A stretch of DNA of 64,000 nucleotides from Candidatus Peribacteria bacterium (lineage in GTDB: Bacteria > Patescibacteriota > Gracilibacteria > UBA1369 > LOWO2-01-FULL-3): NCBI GenBank assembly GCA_943356465.1, contig CALREX010000004.1, positions 112,448-176,447 on the forward strand, written 5' to 3'. The position numbers were made by a program, and so were the translations under genes. Shown here one piece after another: positions 1 to 10,419 of the stretch. The notes under the pieces are model-generated. The model made no database searches, was not told where the DNA came from, and saw only the letters and a program-made list of their open reading frames with translations. Numbering within the stretch: the stretch's first letter is position 1; the number at the start of each line of letters is the position of its first letter.

Positions 1-2
1 AC

Positions 3-1244
3 ATCACATACGCAGATTTGATGAGATCAACATCAGAAATAGAAAAACAAATGCAAGATACAGCAGGAATTATTACTGCCTACATTTTCGAAATGGCCGC
101 AAAATCAAGCGATGGAAAACTTTCACCTGAAGCATTAGCGGAAATAAAATACAGCATAAATAAAAATGCAGTAAAAATGGCAGAGATGGCAATGAAGCAA
201 AAAGATGCACCGGAGCTTGTAGAAGCAATGAAATTCGTTCTCAAAATTGAAAAAATTGATAAGGTGAAAGTATTTGATACACTGTCAAAAATAATATTTG
301 GAAAATCTGATTTATCAGCTTATGCATGGACAGTTCTTTCATTTATGGATGAAAATTCACAGATTGAATTTGGCAAATTTTACATAGAAAAAAATAAATT
401 AAGTCCTGTAGATGCACAGAAATTTTTAGATACATGGAGTGTGCAGGGAAATATAAGCATTGAAACCATGAGAAAGATTCTTGCAAACTCAAAAATAGAC
501 ACAAAAGCATTTGAGCAAAAAGCTCAGGAATATGCCAGAAATTGGAAAGCAAAAAATGATTTTGTTGAGAAAGCAAAACAGATGGCTGAAGTATCTTATG
601 GTGCAACAAATCAAGCCACAGATATGATGACTCCGACAGGCGTTTTGACATTCATGGCAAATGTCTGGTCGGTCGGCACAATAGCGCTAAACGTAGGGAC
701 TACGGTGTTTTACGGAGGAAAGATAAATAATCCGGAATTTATAATAGGGTCACTTGCAGAAAACCCATGGTTCATCACCGGTATCGGCACATTGGCAGCA
801 ATAAAAGCTACAGAAAAGGGAGGTATTGGCTCTGCACTGAGATCAAAAGAGGAAGTGCAAAATCAGGAAGAAGCATCGGCTAAAAAAGAATTCAAATATT
901 TGGTCGCTGGAAATCTTGAACTTGAAGCATTTCTGAAATCAGGAAACACATACGAAGGATCGAGGAAATTCTTTGATTATTTGCAGTATGTTCGCAGAGA
1001 AAAAGGAAGTGAAGATATGCCATTTCCTGAAAAAGAGATGACAAAATCAGCATTTTTGAAATGGCTAAGCTCAAATTTTGCAAAAGCAAATTCAGCAGAA
1101 CAAGACAAGATTTTAATCGTAATGAAAGCACTGCAAAAAAACAAAATATCAGATAAAGAATTTTACAGACTTGCAGTCCCATTCGATAAATTGGCTATAG
1201 GAGGAATCGAAGCCGAAAAAAATTATCTTAAAGCACTCGCATAA
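3..1244 (+). CDS. Hypothetical protein, 5'-truncated by the window edge; mostly helical and charged, with two hydrophobic segments
   Basis: Frame is open from position 3 through the ORF-track start at 18 to TAA at 1244. Hydrophobic stretches VLTFMANVWSVGTIALNVGTTVFYGG and PWFITGIGTLAAI. Abuts the next ATG at 1245. Confidence 0.75.
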   Translation: MTYADLMRSTSEIEKQMQDTAGIITAYIFEMAAKSSDGKLSPEALAEIKYSINKNAVKMAEMAMKQKDAPELVEAMKFVLKIEKIDKVKVFDTLSKIIFGKSDLSAYAWTVLSFMDENSQIEFGKFYIEKNKLSPVDAQKFLDTWSVQGNISIETMRKILANSKIDTKAFEQKAQEYARNWKAKNDFVEKAKQMAEVSYGATNQATDMMTPTGVLTFMANVWSVGTIALNVGTTVFYGGKINNPEFIIGSLAENPWFITGIGTLAAIKATEKGGIGSALRSKEEVQNQEEASAKKEFKYLVAGNLELEAFLKSGNTYEGSRKFFDYLQYVRREKGSEDMPFPEKEMTKSAFLKWLSSNFAKANSAEQDKILIVMKALQKNKISDKEFYRLAVPFDKLAIGGIEAEKNYLKALA

Positions 1245-3974
1245 ATGAAAAATAAAATACTACAAAAATCGATTATCACGCTGGTTATAGCATTTATATC
1301 CATAGTTTCATTTGGAGGGACAAATACATCTAAAACAGCATATGCAGTGGAACCTGCAAAAACAACAAAAGAACTTTGTGAAGGCCTAACCCCTGCAGGC
1401 ACATACAATCCGGATGGTTCGTGTTTTATTCCAAATGCAAAAGACTGTAGCACGCTCGGAGCGGATTATGAAGAAAAATCTCCGGCAGATGCAACAGGAA
1501 TAGTTTGTAAAAAATCAGCAGTCGGTTCAACCGCAAATGCAGAAAAGGAAAAAGTATTGAAAGAAAGGATGTATATAATTATTGAAATTCAACAATGGTT
1601 AAATACTGTTATTTGGCCTGTTCTTGTGATGATAGGGGATTTGATGAACAACAATATTCTTTTTGGGGCAGGCATGGACGAGAGACTTCGTGAAATATGG
1701 ATTCCGGTAAGGAATTTGATAAATCTGTTTTTTGTGCTGGCAATGGTTGCAATAGCAATCTACAACATTCTTGGAATCGGTGAGGACAACGATGCATATT
1801 CGATCAAACAAATTCTTCCAAAAATGATTATCGCAATAATCGCGGTAAATTTTTCATTCATCGGAATAAAAGTATTTCTGGACGGAATAAACGTGTTGAC
1901 CACATCTATTTTTGCACTACCGGATCAGGTAAAAGAAGGACTTGGAGACATAACTCAGCAAGAGGCAATGGTACAAAGATTTTGTCTTGGAACAATGGGC
2001 AAAACGATAGATAAGGTCGACATCACAGGCAATACAGAATCAGGACTGGATTTAGCTTCCTACAAAGTTGTTATCTTAAATTTTGCAGAAAAAAACACAT
2101 TTTTAATCCAACCAGAATATACGATTGAGCAATTAAAAGGAGATTTAGGATTATCAAATTTATCAGCAACAGAGTTAAACAAAATAACAAGTACGTATTT
2201 TAAATCAGAAGGACAATCAAAATTAGCAAAAGAATTTGTTGCAGCAGAAGAAAATCGCATCTGTACAAACGACGCAAAACTAACCCCTCGCGGAAAAGCA
2301 TTCCTTACAAAATACAACAGTTCAAATGCAGCGCTTGCAATGGCACTCAATATGTCGAAAATAGTTTTCTATCAGGAGATAGATATCACAACACTCACAG
2401 AATCGAATATTTCAAAATTATTCATAAACACAATATTTTCTGTAGCGATGTACTTGATATACGTCGTGTCATTCTTGGCACTTTTTATAGTACTTTTGGC
2501 TCGTCTTGTAGTTCTATGGCTCGGAGTCGTAGCCTCACCGGTTATAATCGTATCGATGGTATTGCCGGTATTTAAAGAAAAACTTGGATTTGGAGAACTT
2601 GTAGATAAATTCGTACAAAACGCAATAGCTCCGATCATGATAGCCCTTTCCATGACAGTTGGATGGATAATGCTTAGGGCAATACAAAATGTAAATATAT
2701 TAAGCAGTGATGCTGTAAAGATTACAAACGGAATTCCAGTAGCCGGACTAAACACGATTCAGGATTTGATAGTGGCATTGGGCACAGTAGGAGTCATCTG
2801 GATGGCTGTATCATCTGCTGCAAACAAATCAATCGCAGAACCTATCACCAAATCACTTTATGGAGCTTTGGGCCAGGCAGGCTCATTTGTTGGCAATATT
2901 GCATGGAAACATGCGCCTCTATTCCCAGTATCAATCCCTGGTCAACCTGATAAGATCATGGCAACACCTGAAATCCTTGGAAAAGTATTAGACAATGCGG
3001 AATATTCATATAAAAAGAAACAATTGGATAAAGCGGACATGGTATCTGAAGCTCTCGGCTTTAAAGAAAAAGGAGTAAAGCAATTTGACGACATTGTACA
3101 TGCAAAGAACACAAAAGAAGCTCTTGGCATAATGAGTAACCCAAACAATGAACGGGCTATAATAAACGGAAGCAAAGGAGAAATAGACGACAAGATCAAT
3201 GAGTTCAATAAAAGATATGGTGGTAAGTTTTTCAATGATCTTAATAATGGTGGACAGGAAAGTAGAAAGCTTAAAGATTTAATAGAAGCCTTAAATAAGG
3301 AGACTGATGAATCAAAGAAGAAAGATATCAGAGAGAAGATAGCCAAGCATCTAAAAACGTACGGTAATGAGATACAAAAAGAACAGGATGCAAGAGAAGC
3401 TGCAGAGGCGGGAACTTCACCTGCTGCAGGAACACCAGCAGCTGCACCACACGCCTTCACAGAACATGACAAGGTTGGAGGAGCGGATATTGGAGCGGCC
3501 AATGTCGCAAAAATGACAGATGCTACCGCAGCTTTAACAAAAGCATTACATGACAAAACTAAAGGAGAAGCAGACATAAAACCTCTACTTAAAGCCTTCG
3601 AAGTAAATGGTCATAAGCCTACAGCAGCAGAACTTAAGGCGTTCATAACAGATCCAGAATCAAAGAAAAGGCTTCAGGAGATATTCGGTGACGATGCAAA
3701 AATCAAGGCCGCAATCGATGCAGCAAAGACAGACAAAGTCGCTGGAGCACCGGAAAAACAATTCGCACAGGGAGGCGTTACCGCACAGCCTGGAACACAA
3801 GGCACAGCTCAATTACCTGGCACGCCTGCACAAACACAAACAGGAACATCAATTCCAGGTGCAGGAGTAGTTCAGTCAAACATAGCACGTGCAGGTGAAG
3901 AACGTAAGCAACCAAACGAACCGATAAAACCAGAAGATAAAAATCAGACTGGCACACAGACAGGAACGGTATAA
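1245..3974 (+). CDS. Large polytopic membrane protein, VirB6/TrbL-like as seen in CPR genomes, with a signal peptide and a low-complexity C-terminal tail
   Basis: 909 aa. N-terminal signal (…AYA|VE) and a Cys-containing ectodomain. TM block 1: WIPVRNLINLFFVLAMVAIAIYNILG…ILPKMIIAIIAVNFS. TM block 2: FLALFIVLLARLVVLWLGVVASPVII…. Ala/Gly/Thr/Pro-rich tail. Family assignment is by pattern recognition only. Confidence 0.55.
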   Translation: MKNKILQKSIITLVIAFISIVSFGGTNTSKTAYAVEPAKTTKELCEGLTPAGTYNPDGSCFIPNAKDCSTLGADYEEKSPADATGIVCKKSAVGSTANAEKEKVLKERMYIIIEIQQWLNTVIWPVLVMIGDLMNNNILFGAGMDERLREIWIPVRNLINLFFVLAMVAIAIYNILGIGEDNDAYSIKQILPKMIIAIIAVNFSFIGIKVFLDGINVLTTSIFALPDQVKEGLGDITQQEAMVQRFCLGTMGKTIDKVDITGNTESGLDLASYKVVILNFAEKNTFLIQPEYTIEQLKGDLGLSNLSATELNKITSTYFKSEGQSKLAKEFVAAEENRICTNDAKLTPRGKAFLTKYNSSNAALAMALNMSKIVFYQEIDITTLTESNISKLFINTIFSVAMYLIYVVSFLALFIVLLARLVVLWLGVVASPVIIVSMVLPVFKEKLGFGELVDKFVQNAIAPIMIALSMTVGWIMLRAIQNVNILSSDAVKITNGIPVAGLNTIQDLIVALGTVGVIWMAVSSAANKSIAEPITKSLYGALGQAGSFVGNIAWKHAPLFPVSIPGQPDKIMATPEILGKVLDNAEYSYKKKQLDKADMVSEALGFKEKGVKQFDDIVHAKNTKEALGIMSNPNNERAIINGSKGEIDDKINEFNKRYGGKFFNDLNNGGQESRKLKDLIEALNKETDESKKKDIREKIAKHLKTYGNEIQKEQDAREAAEAGTSPAAGTPAAAPHAFTEHDKVGGADIGAANVAKMTDATAALTKALHDKTKGEADIKPLLKAFEVNGHKPTAAELKAFITDPESKKRLQEIFGDDAKIKAAIDAAKTDKVAGAPEKQFAQGGVTAQPGTQGTAQLPGTPAQTQTGTSIPGAGVVQSNIARAGEERKQPNEPIKPEDKNQTGTQTGTV

Positions 3975-3984
3975 AATATAAACA

Positions 3985-6900
3985 ATGAATACAAAGCAAG
4001 ATCCACAAGCAGGAAAAACACAAGAATCTCTAGAAAGGGCGGAGGAAACTCGTATTCTCGATGAGATAAAAACGGCTGATGGTAAATCAGCGGAATTTTC
4101 ACATTCGGCAAAAATTGCACAAAAACTTGAAAAAGGCGAGCTGGATCTTACTCGTGACGAAAGAATGAAACTTCGTGACACACTGAAAGACAGAAATAAA
4201 ATGAAGGAAAAACCATACGAGCACTTCATGGAAGCGCTTGCAGATGGCAAATTCCCAAAAAAAGGAAAACGTGCGATGAGATTTTTAGAAGCGATTGAAG
4301 AACCGGATGAAAAAGGAAAATCGTTAGAAAAACAAACATATGCAGGAAAAGAAGAAAGAGAATATGCTGCAGAGCTTTTGAAAGACCTTGCGAAAGCCGA
4401 AAATCCACCACTTTCAGAAAGATCTGAAATGGCATCGCTTGCAAAATTGGAAGAAATGAGACAAGCACAACAAGCCGAAAAGATGGAAACAGATAAAAAA
4501 GGTGAAGAAGAAACAGGAAAAGTCCGCGCAAAAGTTGAAAGCACGGCAAAAGTAGACGAAAAAGAATTGTGGAAAGTAGACCGTCCACCTGAAGGGCTTA
4601 TCGAAAATCTTGAAGCAATAGAGACGAAGATGTTTGCTCTGATGGATGAGTCGAATGCAGCACACAAAAAAGGTGAATCGACAGAAGAACTTGATGCTGA
4701 AATAGACAGATTGGAACTTGAAAGATTGCCATTTAGACAGCAATACATAAACTATTTGAGAAAAGCAGGAGAAAGATTTGATGCAATCCAAAGACTGGCA
4801 AGTCGTGCAGGAATGGATATGGAGCAAATTTCCAGACTTTTGATGTGGTCTATCGAACATGATGGATCAAAGGGTGCAAAAGTAGATGCAAAAACCGGAA
4901 AAGTCGAAAAAGCAAAAGAAACGATACAAATAAAAAGCATTTATTTTACTCAAGAAAAAGATGACAAGGGCCCCGAGTTTCCAGGAGAACTGAAAGTCGA
5001 ATATGTAAATGAACAAGGAAAAACAGAAACCGCAGGATACACAAATTTCCTGAGAATGTTGGACGCACTTGAAGTTCACAAAGATATAAAAACAATAGTC
5101 GATCTAAACAAAGAAATAGCTAAAAATACAGGATATGAAGGCATAAAAGCTGGACAGGTTTACAGAACAAAAGTCCTTGTAGACCTTACCGAAGGCGGAG
5201 AAAAAGTTTACGAAGAGGTGGAATTCAAAATTGAACAAGTAGATGAATCAGGCAAAGAACCACTGATAGTACTCGATCGCAATGTCACAAAAACACCGCT
5301 GGCATGGCTTTCTGACTCAGTTGATCCATCGCTTTATTTTAAAAGAACTCAAAAGGAATTTTCCGCTGGGGAATTCGCAAAACTCGTAAAACAACATGGA
5401 TATTCGGTACACGTGGCACCTGAAGAAATGCAAGCAGCCATGGATAGAATGGCAAAAGCAAGAAGAGAAAGAGGCATGGAAATGAACGAAAGAGTAGCTC
5501 AGAGCCTGACAGGAAAGCCTGCTTCAGAAGTAAGCAAAAAAAGATATGAAAGTACTTTTGCGGCACCTGCTTCAACAAGTGGTGCAGTAAAAATTCCAAA
5601 TATAGGAGAAAGTTCACCTGTGGATTTTTATGATGCCGCTGCGGGAGGGAAAAGAGTCTTAGACGCAAAACTTACTGTAAAACCAAATCCACAAAAACCT
5701 GGAGAAAATATATTCGAAATTTCATATGCAGATACAGCAGAAAATGCCGCAAATCTGACAAGTTTATCAGGAATTCCTTTAGAAATGAAACGTGCAATCG
5801 GTCCTACATTTTTACCTGAACCACGGATTATACGACGTGAATTTTCGCCTTCTGCATTTATGGAACTCGCAGACAAAGGCGCAGTTGCACATGGACATGA
5901 AGAACATGGTCACGTTGAAGATCACGCACCTCATGCAGAAGAACATCATGAGGAAGAGCATGCACATGAACAACACGAAGAACATGGAGAAGAAGAAGGA
6001 CATGAAATGGCAAAACAACCATTTTATAAAGAAGCTGTAGCATTCGAAGAGGCATACAAAACAGGACTTCCGGCACACGGAACAACACAATCTTACGTAA
6101 GAACAGTTTGGAACAATACAAGATTTTTAAGTTTGGATGATCTATGGAAAATGGGCAAGACTTGTTATGAATATTACGAAAGAAGGTTTGAACAAAGACA
6201 AAAAAACAGATATGGAATAGTCGGTAAAGAACTTCCATTCTTTGGTTCGGAAATGCAACAGATTTCTCAGGCATCAAACAATGAACAAACAAACCATTTC
6301 AAGGAAGCACTTGAGAAAAGAGGTATTATCGCAATCAGAGAAAGACTAAGAATCACTTCAAATAAAGAAGAATTTAAAGCTTGTATCTTGGTACTCGTAG
6401 AAAAAGGAATGATGATGTGGCATGACGTGGCACTCTGGAAAAACATGAATAAATTCGTGAAACCAGGGAAAGAAGTACCGGTGCCTGAAAATGGCAACCC
6501 TTACACACATATCAGTATTTCAGACAATAGAACGGGATATGATTTTGTAGAGCCTGCCATAGACTCAATTTGGGGAGACGGTTATTTTGGAGAATGGTAT
6601 TCAGAAAACAAAAATCACTATGATAGCCATGCAAAAGGCTTCTACACTGAGGGTAAAGAGTTGGAAGGAGTCGACGGAGGACATGCCAGAAAACTATCTC
6701 AACTTCTACATCATCATAAAGAAGGAAATTTCGTTGACCCTATGGAATATGAAGGTTTGTTGTTGCATGCTATCGAAGCGGGAAAAGCAGGAATGGAAGA
6801 TAAAATTTATTACCTTGTAGAAGGAGTCGCGGCAAAAAACAAAAAAGGGGAAACAATTTTGACGCTTGATAGAATGGCTCACGTAAATGGAGAAATGCTT

Positions 6901-7806
6901 GGAAGATTTCCACTTTTGGAATACATGTGTGCAAATGCACCACGTCCGCCTGATGGACTGGAAACTTCAAGATTTACGTTTGAAGATTATGAAAGATGGG
7001 CCAAATGGTTTGATGCCGGACACGACCATCCGGGTCATCCAAATACTGAACCTACAAAAGCAGTGAACGATTTTCTATGGAAATATGCACTTCCAAGTGA
7101 TAACACTCAAAATCGTATCAATAAAGTGGCAAGATCTATTGAAAACGTAGACCATGATGATCTATACGCATACATTCCTCCTGCTACAGATGACGTACTT
7201 ACGGATATATGTAAAACAAACGTTGGAGGCAGAAAAGGAGCGACAATCGAAGGATATGCGAATGTATTCCCTGGATTTAGCCAATATATGAAATCGTTAA
7301 GCCAACATGGATATAAAGATAAACTTGCTGAAGCGGTGAAATCTTATGTCAGATTTGAAGGAATCATGACAAACAAATTTGAGAAGCAAGTAGATTCCGC
7401 ACATGACGCATTTCAGAGAATGGGAGATAAGACATTAAACAGTTCTACAATCTGTTCGGATGAACCGCCATCATTATTTATTGGTGAAATGAATCAGGTA
7501 ATAAAACAAATTGTAGCAGCTTATGGAGATTCAGAACTTAGCTCTATTCTAAGCGACATACAGGATCTTCGAGTAGGGGATATGAGTAATCCGGACGAGA
7601 AGAGAAAGCAAGATAGAAAAAATTATGCTTATCATGAATTCGGTAAAGTTTTCAGTAGAGTTACGGAATCAGATGGACAGGCAAAAATGCTGCAAATAAT
7701 GCAGAATGCAAGCTTAACAGGAATGGGATACATCCCCGCCGCGGAAAAAGCTCGTCGTAGAGCAGAACGACACGGCGAAGCTCCGGCAGGTGGTGGTCAT
7801 CATTAA
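3985..7806 (+). CDS. Large hypothetical protein (1273 aa) with a charged coiled-coil N-terminus and an internal His/Glu-rich tract
   Basis: Long ORF 10 bp after the previous stop. HGHEEHGHVEDHAPHAEEHHEEEHAHEQHEEHGEEEGHE at ~5890-6006. Ends GGGHH. No signal peptide seen. Confidence 0.8.
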   Translation: MNTKQDPQAGKTQESLERAEETRILDEIKTADGKSAEFSHSAKIAQKLEKGELDLTRDERMKLRDTLKDRNKMKEKPYEHFMEALADGKFPKKGKRAMRFLEAIEEPDEKGKSLEKQTYAGKEEREYAAELLKDLAKAENPPLSERSEMASLAKLEEMRQAQQAEKMETDKKGEEETGKVRAKVESTAKVDEKELWKVDRPPEGLIENLEAIETKMFALMDESNAAHKKGESTEELDAEIDRLELERLPFRQQYINYLRKAGERFDAIQRLASRAGMDMEQISRLLMWSIEHDGSKGAKVDAKTGKVEKAKETIQIKSIYFTQEKDDKGPEFPGELKVEYVNEQGKTETAGYTNFLRMLDALEVHKDIKTIVDLNKEIAKNTGYEGIKAGQVYRTKVLVDLTEGGEKVYEEVEFKIEQVDESGKEPLIVLDRNVTKTPLAWLSDSVDPSLYFKRTQKEFSAGEFAKLVKQHGYSVHVAPEEMQAAMDRMAKARRERGMEMNERVAQSLTGKPASEVSKKRYESTFAAPASTSGAVKIPNIGESSPVDFYDAAAGGKRVLDAKLTVKPNPQKPGENIFEISYADTAENAANLTSLSGIPLEMKRAIGPTFLPEPRIIRREFSPSAFMELADKGAVAHGHEEHGHVEDHAPHAEEHHEEEHAHEQHEEHGEEEGHEMAKQPFYKEAVAFEEAYKTGLPAHGTTQSYVRTVWNNTRFLSLDDLWKMGKTCYEYYERRFEQRQKNRYGIVGKELPFFGSEMQQISQASNNEQTNHFKEALEKRGIIAIRERLRITSNKEEFKACILVLVEKGMMMWHDVALWKNMNKFVKPGKEVPVPENGNPYTHISISDNRTGYDFVEPAIDSIWGDGYFGEWYSENKNHYDSHAKGFYTEGKELEGVDGGHARKLSQLLHHHKEGNFVDPMEYEGLLLHAIEAGKAGMEDKIYYLVEGVAAKNKKGETILTLDRMAHVNGEMLGRFPLLEYMCANAPRPPDGLETSRFTFEDYERWAKWFDAGHDHPGHPNTEPTKAVNDFLWKYALPSDNTQNRINKVARSIENVDHDDLYAYIPPATDDVLTDICKTNVGGRKGATIEGYANVFPGFSQYMKSLSQHGYKDKLAEAVKSYVRFEGIMTNKFEKQVDSAHDAFQRMGDKTLNSSTICSDEPPSLFIGEMNQVIKQIVAAYGDSELSSILSDIQDLRVGDMSNPDEKRKQDRKNYAYHEFGKVFSRVTESDGQAKMLQIMQNASLTGMGYIPAAEKARRRAERHGEAPAGGGHH

Positions 7807-7890
7807 AAAACCACTTTAAAAAACAATCTTATCGAGTGTTGACTTTTTAGCCATAAAATGTTTTCATTGCAAGCCTAAATACCATAAGCA

Positions 7891-10419
7891 ATGGAAATGG
7901 ATCAAACCAAATTTCATTCAAATTACAGTGTCCAAACAGAAGGTGACGATTTAAGGCCTAACTTTCAGGAGATTACTGCTTTGGCTAGTGATATAGCGGC
8001 GGATTTAATAGGGGCGCTGCGCATAGCAGGCAGAAAATTTGTACTTAGAACAGTGGATACAGTAGATAGATTTGCCGATAAAAAAGAAGCACCCCATACT
8101 GTGACGGGCAGCATTGGCCAAATGGCAGCACAAGAAGCAAGACGTGCCATAGAATTGGCAAAAGAGTTAAAAATGATTGATAAAATAAATATAACAAAAC
8201 TGCCAAGATTACTGGACGATGATGAAAAAGATTTTCAATTAAAAGCAGATACAGTAGACATATTGGACTCAAGAATGGGTATAATTTCTCCATTTTATGA
8301 TCTTATAGTTTTTATTTCAAATAGAGGGTTTGACCAAAGAGTTGATCCAGCAAGACTTACAAAATTTTTTGAATCAGAAAAAATATTGAGACTACTTTTA
8401 AATCAAGTATTTAGCGAAGAAAATTCCAGATACAGAGGGCCAAATGTATTAGCAGTGGCAGGCTCAATGATAGGGGCTGTATCGGAAAAATTAAGATCAA
8501 TAGCAAACAAAACAAACAAGATACAAATAGATGACAAAACAAAGGAAGATCTTGATAGAAAACTCAATAAATTTAAAGAAAAATATAAACCTGAGAGCAA
8601 ATATACAGTCTCAGCATTTGTAGGAAAGCTAAAAGCACTATATCAGGACTATGATTTAGTTCCATGGCTTGAGGAACAAATACCATTTTTTATCGAAATG
8701 CTAAGGGGATATAAGATTGAAACAGCGGAAGATGGAAGTGAGTTAAAAAAAGTCACAGGCATTCAACACATAAAAAATATGGTGCATGGCGCATATGAAG
8801 ATAAAACAAAAACTCAGAATTTACATGAAGAATTTATTAGAACTCACATGGGTCGTTTTTTCATTACCATAAGACAGGCGGAAATTATGCGGACAAGAGT
8901 GAATACAAAAGAAATACCATGTTTCTTGATTGATACACAAGAATTAACAAAATTTTTCAGAAAATTAAAAAAGGTAAAAACACGTGAAATAGGGGAAGGA
9001 CAAATGATAGATATGATCATCAGAATCTGTCTTGAAGAAACACAAAAACATGGAAACACTCAAAACGGAATAACCATCATGGTACACAACGATACGACTG
9101 CAGAAACATTCACAATAAAAGACACAAAAGATATTCAAGGACAAATAACAGGAATAATAGATGAAGCGATAAATGTAAGTTCTCCTCACATAAACACACA
9201 AAATTTATTAGTAAATCCAGAGGGCAATCCTGAACGTATAATAAGTGAACATGAAAGAATATTTAATCAAAACGGAGAAATAAACCAAAGAGCATACAAT
9301 GCAATGCTGAGAAGTATATTTGAGCACAAAGAAGAAGATCAAGAAAAACCAGAAAGAATGGAGGTTATCAGATCACGTATCGGTGAACTATTTAATGAAG
9401 TAAACGAAATACTTAAAGATATTTTTGGTGAAACAGAAATAACAATACCAAAAGAAATAGAAGATATTCTTGGGGTAAATGATTATTCAGAACTTATAAA
9501 TGTATCGCTAAAAGAAAAAGATAAAAGGAAGAGATATGCTGCAAGGCTCAAGATAGAGCTTACTTGGCTTACATATAGAGCTTCCCACATGCCAAGGTTT
9601 GTTTTTAAAGACAGCGATGCCCAAAAAATACAACTAAAAATGGAAGCGACACAGGAAGATATACAAATTGATGATGACTGCGAAGTAAAAATAATAAAAT
9701 TTGTAGATTGCAAAGATAAAGATCCACAAATAATACAAGATAAAGTAGACGTTGATGAGTTGGATTATGATGACGGAGCAATAAGAATTGGTGAACTAAA
9801 ACTAATTCCAGCACAATTTGCAGGGCAGGATTGTTATTTATTACATAATGGTAATGACAAAACTCCTAAGGGATATATAAATCTCAAATCTTTAAGGAGC
9901 TTGGTAATAAACAGAATACGGGCAAGAAGTACGACTCTTGAAGAAATTTCAGACATGGCAAGAATGACATTTGTTGTAAAAGGCATGGAGCAACTAAAAG
10001 ATCTAAAGGAAGCCATTAGTACAACACATGCAAGTCTTGGAAGATTAATAGAAGTTGAAGACACATATACAGAAACTCAGGAAAATGGTGTGCAATTTAC
10101 AGGTGAAAATGAAAGCAAGTCAAAAGCATATAGAACATTGAAATATGTCTCATACGTACCAATTTTCAACGACGAAAAACTATATATAGTACAGTTTGAA
10201 ATGAGAGTAATCCTGCTGGAAGATGCAATCAAAGAAAAAAGTGAATATCATGAAATAGGACATAAAGCATATGAATCAAGGCGTGGTCTTGCATGCATCC
10301 CTATCATTGCGCCAAAGAGTATATTCCCTGAATTATACGAAGAAGAAAAAGATCCGGATGATCTCTCAGATGAAGTAAACATAAGAGTAAAAAGGGCTCT
10401 TACTAGTACGGCTTCTTAA
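7891..10419 (+). CDS. Hypothetical protein (842 aa) with a putative C-terminal RelA/SpoT-like nucleotidyltransferase domain
   Basis: Long ORF. C-terminal motif order NLKSLRS…ISDMARMTFVV…AYRTLKY…QFEMRV…GHKAYE echoes the RSH synthetase motifs RxKxxxS, DxxGxR, YxSxH, EIQIRT, HxxY. Confidence 0.55.
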   Translation: MEMDQTKFHSNYSVQTEGDDLRPNFQEITALASDIAADLIGALRIAGRKFVLRTVDTVDRFADKKEAPHTVTGSIGQMAAQEARRAIELAKELKMIDKINITKLPRLLDDDEKDFQLKADTVDILDSRMGIISPFYDLIVFISNRGFDQRVDPARLTKFFESEKILRLLLNQVFSEENSRYRGPNVLAVAGSMIGAVSEKLRSIANKTNKIQIDDKTKEDLDRKLNKFKEKYKPESKYTVSAFVGKLKALYQDYDLVPWLEEQIPFFIEMLRGYKIETAEDGSELKKVTGIQHIKNMVHGAYEDKTKTQNLHEEFIRTHMGRFFITIRQAEIMRTRVNTKEIPCFLIDTQELTKFFRKLKKVKTREIGEGQMIDMIIRICLEETQKHGNTQNGITIMVHNDTTAETFTIKDTKDIQGQITGIIDEAINVSSPHINTQNLLVNPEGNPERIISEHERIFNQNGEINQRAYNAMLRSIFEHKEEDQEKPERMEVIRSRIGELFNEVNEILKDIFGETEITIPKEIEDILGVNDYSELINVSLKEKDKRKRYAARLKIELTWLTYRASHMPRFVFKDSDAQKIQLKMEATQEDIQIDDDCEVKIIKFVDCKDKDPQIIQDKVDVDELDYDDGAIRIGELKLIPAQFAGQDCYLLHNGNDKTPKGYINLKSLRSLVINRIRARSTTLEEISDMARMTFVVKGMEQLKDLKEAISTTHASLGRLIEVEDTYTETQENGVQFTGENESKSKAYRTLKYVSYVPIFNDEKLYIVQFEMRVILLEDAIKEKSEYHEIGHKAYESRRGLACIPIIAPKSIFPELYEEEKDPDDLSDEVNIRVKRALTSTAS

